Source: Spirochaetia bacterium
GTDB taxonomy: Bacteria > Spirochaetota > Spirochaetia > SZUA-6 > Bin103
DNA length: 64,000 nucleotides
Assembly (NCBI GenBank): GCA_965198005.1
Contig: CBDAOI010000003.1
Location: 288,001 to 352,000, forward strand
Direction of reading: 5' to 3'
Shown: positions 61,778 through 64,000 of the stretch, in pieces
How positions within the stretch are numbered: position 1 is the first letter of the stretch
How the letters are laid out: each line of letters opens with the position of its first letter
Translations under genes and position numbers: made by a program
Notes under the pieces: model-generated
Database searches by the model: none
The model's input: the letters and a program-made list of their open reading frames with translations, nothing else
What the model was told of the DNA's origin: nothing

Positions 61778-61820
61778 GTACCCCGGCGGCTCGCGTCCAT
61801 CCGCGTCCGCCGGTGGCTTG

Positions 61821-61895
61821 CGTGCCCAAGAGGACTCGAACCTCCGACCTCTAGATCCGCAATCTAACGCTCTATCCAGACTGAGCTATGGGCAC
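61821..61895 (-). tRNA. tRNA-Arg(GCG)
   Basis: TTAGA-TTGCGGA-TCTAG. Confidence 0.93.
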
Positions 61896-61908
61896 AGGTG
61901 AACTGGTT

Positions 61909-61995
<87 letters not shown>

Positions 61996-62024
61996 CGGCT
62001 GCACGGCGGCCGGCGCCCGCGTCG

Positions 62025-62108
62025 CGGAGAGGGTGGGATTCGAACCCACGGAGCCAACGACTCAGCGGTTTTCAAGACCGCCTCCTTCGACCACTCGGAC
62101 ACCTCTCC
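62025..62108 (-). tRNA. tRNA-Ser(TGA)
   Basis: GCGGT-CTTGAAA-ACCGC. Confidence 0.95.
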
Positions 62109-62146
62109 AAGCTGTTGGCGCAACCGTGCCCAACGCCAGACAACAG

Positions 62147-62176
62147 AGAATAGTCAATCCCGCCGCGGGTTGTCAA
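62147..62176 (-). promoter_or_regulatory. Sigma70 promoter of the tRNA-ffs-dnaX cluster
   Basis: TTGACA-18-TATTCT on minus strand. Confidence 0.65.
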
Positions 62177-62329
62177 ATGAACGCACGGCGACACGGCGAA
62201 TCATGCAGCGCATCACGTGTAGTTCATAGTGCCCGCCGCGCTGCCGTCGAGCCTCGGGGCGTGCGGCTTGCCCATTCGCGCGCAGGGGGGAGGGGCGTCC
62301 CCGGGGCACAAACAAACTTGTGATGCGCG

Positions 62330-63205
62330 CTACGTTTGTTGCGGCAACAGCAGCCGCTGCTCGATCCGTTCCAGGTCCTCGGCGCTGAAGAAGGCGATTT
62401 CTATCTTGCCCCGCTCCAGCCGGCCGCTCACCGTTACCTTGGTGCCGAAGGCATCTATCAGCCGTTGCTGCAAGTCACGCAGATGCGGCTCGGGGCCGGC
62501 CGCCGGTGGCGTGCCCCGGTCGGCGGCACCGGACCGGTCCCCGTTGTCGCGCAGCCGGGCGGCGTAGGCCTCGGCCTGGCGCACGGTGAGGTGTTGCAGC
62601 CGCGGGAAGAATTGTGCGCGCTGCTGCGGGTCGCGGATCGTCAGGAGCGCCCGCGCGTGGCCGGCGGTGATCGTGCCCTCGGTCAATGCGTTCCGGACCT
62701 CCAGCGGCAGCCCCAGGAGCCGCAGGCTGTTGGTCACCGTCGACCGGTGCTTCCCCACCCGCTGCGCCAACTCGTCCTGACTGATGCCGCTGATCTGCAG
62801 CAGCCGCCGATAGGCGTTCGCCTCCTCGATCGGCGTCAGGTCCTCGCGCTGGACGTTCTCTATCAGCGCCAGGGCCAGCCGCTCGTCATCGCTGGCGACG
62901 CGCACGATCACGGGGATTCGCCGGAGGCCGGCGCGCTGGGCCGCGCGGTAACGCCGTTCGCCGGCGATTATCCGGTAGCGGCCGCCGGCCGGCTCCACCA
63001 GGATCGGTTGCAGCACGCCATGCGAGGCGATCGACGTGGCCAGTTCTTCCAGCGCCTGGTCGCCGAACCGTACCCGCGGCTGGTCATTGCCGGGGTCGAT
63101 CTGATCGAGCGGAAGCTCCGTGGTGCCGCCTTCCGGATCCTGGTCGGGCCCGGATCCCATAAGAGCTGCCAATCCTCGACCGAGGCCGCGTCTCGCTTCA
63201 GACAT
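62330..63205 (-). CDS. parB: Chromosome partitioning protein ParB
   Basis: GLGRGL, GVLQPI, IIAGERRYRA, ENVQREDL, GHARAL. Confidence 0.96.
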   Translation of the reverse strand: MSEARRGLGRGLAALMGSGPDQDPEGGTTELPLDQIDPGNDQPRVRFGDQALEELATSIASHGVLQPILVEPAGGRYRIIAGERRYRAAQRAGLRRIPVIVRVASDDERLALALIENVQREDLTPIEEANAYRRLLQISGISQDELAQRVGKHRSTVTNSLRLLGLPLEVRNALTEGTITAGHARALLTIRDPQQRAQFFPRLQHLTVRQAEAYAARLRDNGDRSGAADRGTPPAAGPEPHLRDLQQRLIDAFGTKVTVSGRLERGKIEIAFFSAEDLERIEQRLLLPQQT

Positions 63206-63959
63206 GCAGAGTCACCTCCCGGGCCAGCTCGTTGTAGCTGCGCGCCCCGATGCACTTGGGATCGTAGAGCTGGATCGGTTGCGAATAGGACGGCGCCTCC
63301 CCGAGGCGCACGTTGCGCGGAATGATCGTTCGAAACACCTTGTGGCGAAAGAATCCGGTCACCTCACGCACCACTTCCTGCGACAGCCGGGTGCGGGCAT
63401 CGAACATCGTGAACAGGATGCCTCCCACCGTGAGCCGCGGATTGAGCGTCGTCCGGACCCGTCCAATGGTCTTCAACAATTCACTCAGCCCTTCGAGCGC
63501 GAAGTACTCGCACTGCAGCGGGATGATCACGTGCGAAGCCGCCGCGAGCCCGTTCACCGTGAGGATGCCGAGCGACGGGGGGCAGTCGATGAACACGAAA
63601 TCGTACGCCGAGTCCAGTCTGTCCAGGGCGGCGCTGAGATAGAACTCTCTGCGCTCCTGGGTGACCAGCTCGACGGCGGCGCCGGCAAGGTCGATGCTCG
63701 ACGGAATGATCCGCAGCCCGGCCACGGCGGTGTCCTGCACCACGTCGGCGGGCTCGGCGTCGGAGACGATCAGTTCATAGATTCCGGGCCGATCGCCAGC
63801 GGCACCGAGACTGGTTGACGAGTTGGCCTGCGGGTCGAAATCCACCAGCAACACGCGCGAACCGATGGCGGCGAGTGCCGCGCCGAGATTCACCGCGGTG
63901 GTGGTCTTTCCCACCCCGCCCTTCTGATTGGCGAAGACGATCCGCCGAACTGTCCCCAT
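63198..63959 (-). CDS. parA: Chromosome partitioning ATPase ParA/Soj
   Basis: NQKGGVGKTTT, DPQAN, IDCPPSLG, QCEYFALEG. Confidence 0.96.
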   Translation of the reverse strand: MGTVRRIVFANQKGGVGKTTTAVNLGAALAAIGSRVLLVDFDPQANSSTSLGAAGDRPGIYELIVSDAEPADVVQDTAVAGLRIIPSSIDLAGAAVELVTQERREFYLSAALDRLDSAYDFVFIDCPPSLGILTVNGLAAASHVIIPLQCEYFALEGLSELLKTIGRVRTTLNPRLTVGGILFTMFDARTRLSQEVVREVTGFFRHKVFRTIIPRNVRLGEAPSYSQPIQLYDPKCIGARSYNELAREVTLHV

Positions 63960-64000
63960 CCCTGCGTCTACCGTATCAGGAGAGGGGCGGCCGTGGCAAA

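Noticed and set aside
62025-62108. tRNA-Sec or opal suppressor
   Set aside because: Anticodon is TGA (reads UCA, Ser), not TCA.
62110-64000. parS site or oriC near parAB
   Set aside because: No TGTTTCACGTGAAACA-like palindrome or DnaA-box cluster seen.

Overview
High-GC bacterial chromosome segment, most likely Spirochaetota. This is an inference from the archaeal/eukaryote-type PheRS, class I LysRS, tRNA-Arg(GCG) and the tRNA-Ser cluster-ffs-dnaX-ybaB-recR order; the accessory content resembles host-associated, e.g. sponge, symbionts. An intact housekeeping backbone is present: murB, pheST, nadE, rlpA, lysS-I, rpiA, glnS, ssb, hsp20, gatCAB-aspS(ND), recR, dnaX, ffs, 6 tRNAs and parAB. It is interrupted by about eight accessory patches with no intact integrase or transposase. 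These are mosaics of gene fragments, many internally deleted while keeping both ends, plus a few open defence-like genes (STAND NTPase-nuclease, ATPase+HNH pair, SBD-HNH nuclease, P-loop kinase-NUDIX fusion). Most notable: (i) a 1.6 kb kinase-NUDIX cassette flanked by perfect 22-bp direct repeats with its own promoter; (ii) a GTDC1/QTMAN-like (DUF3524) glycosyltransferase ending the gatCAB-aspS cluster, suggesting bacterial glycosylation of tRNA queuosine; (iii) a tandem array of diverged nuclease-SRPBCC-HTH units, each interleaved with different cargo. All family assignments are by-eye motif recognition; no database searches were run.
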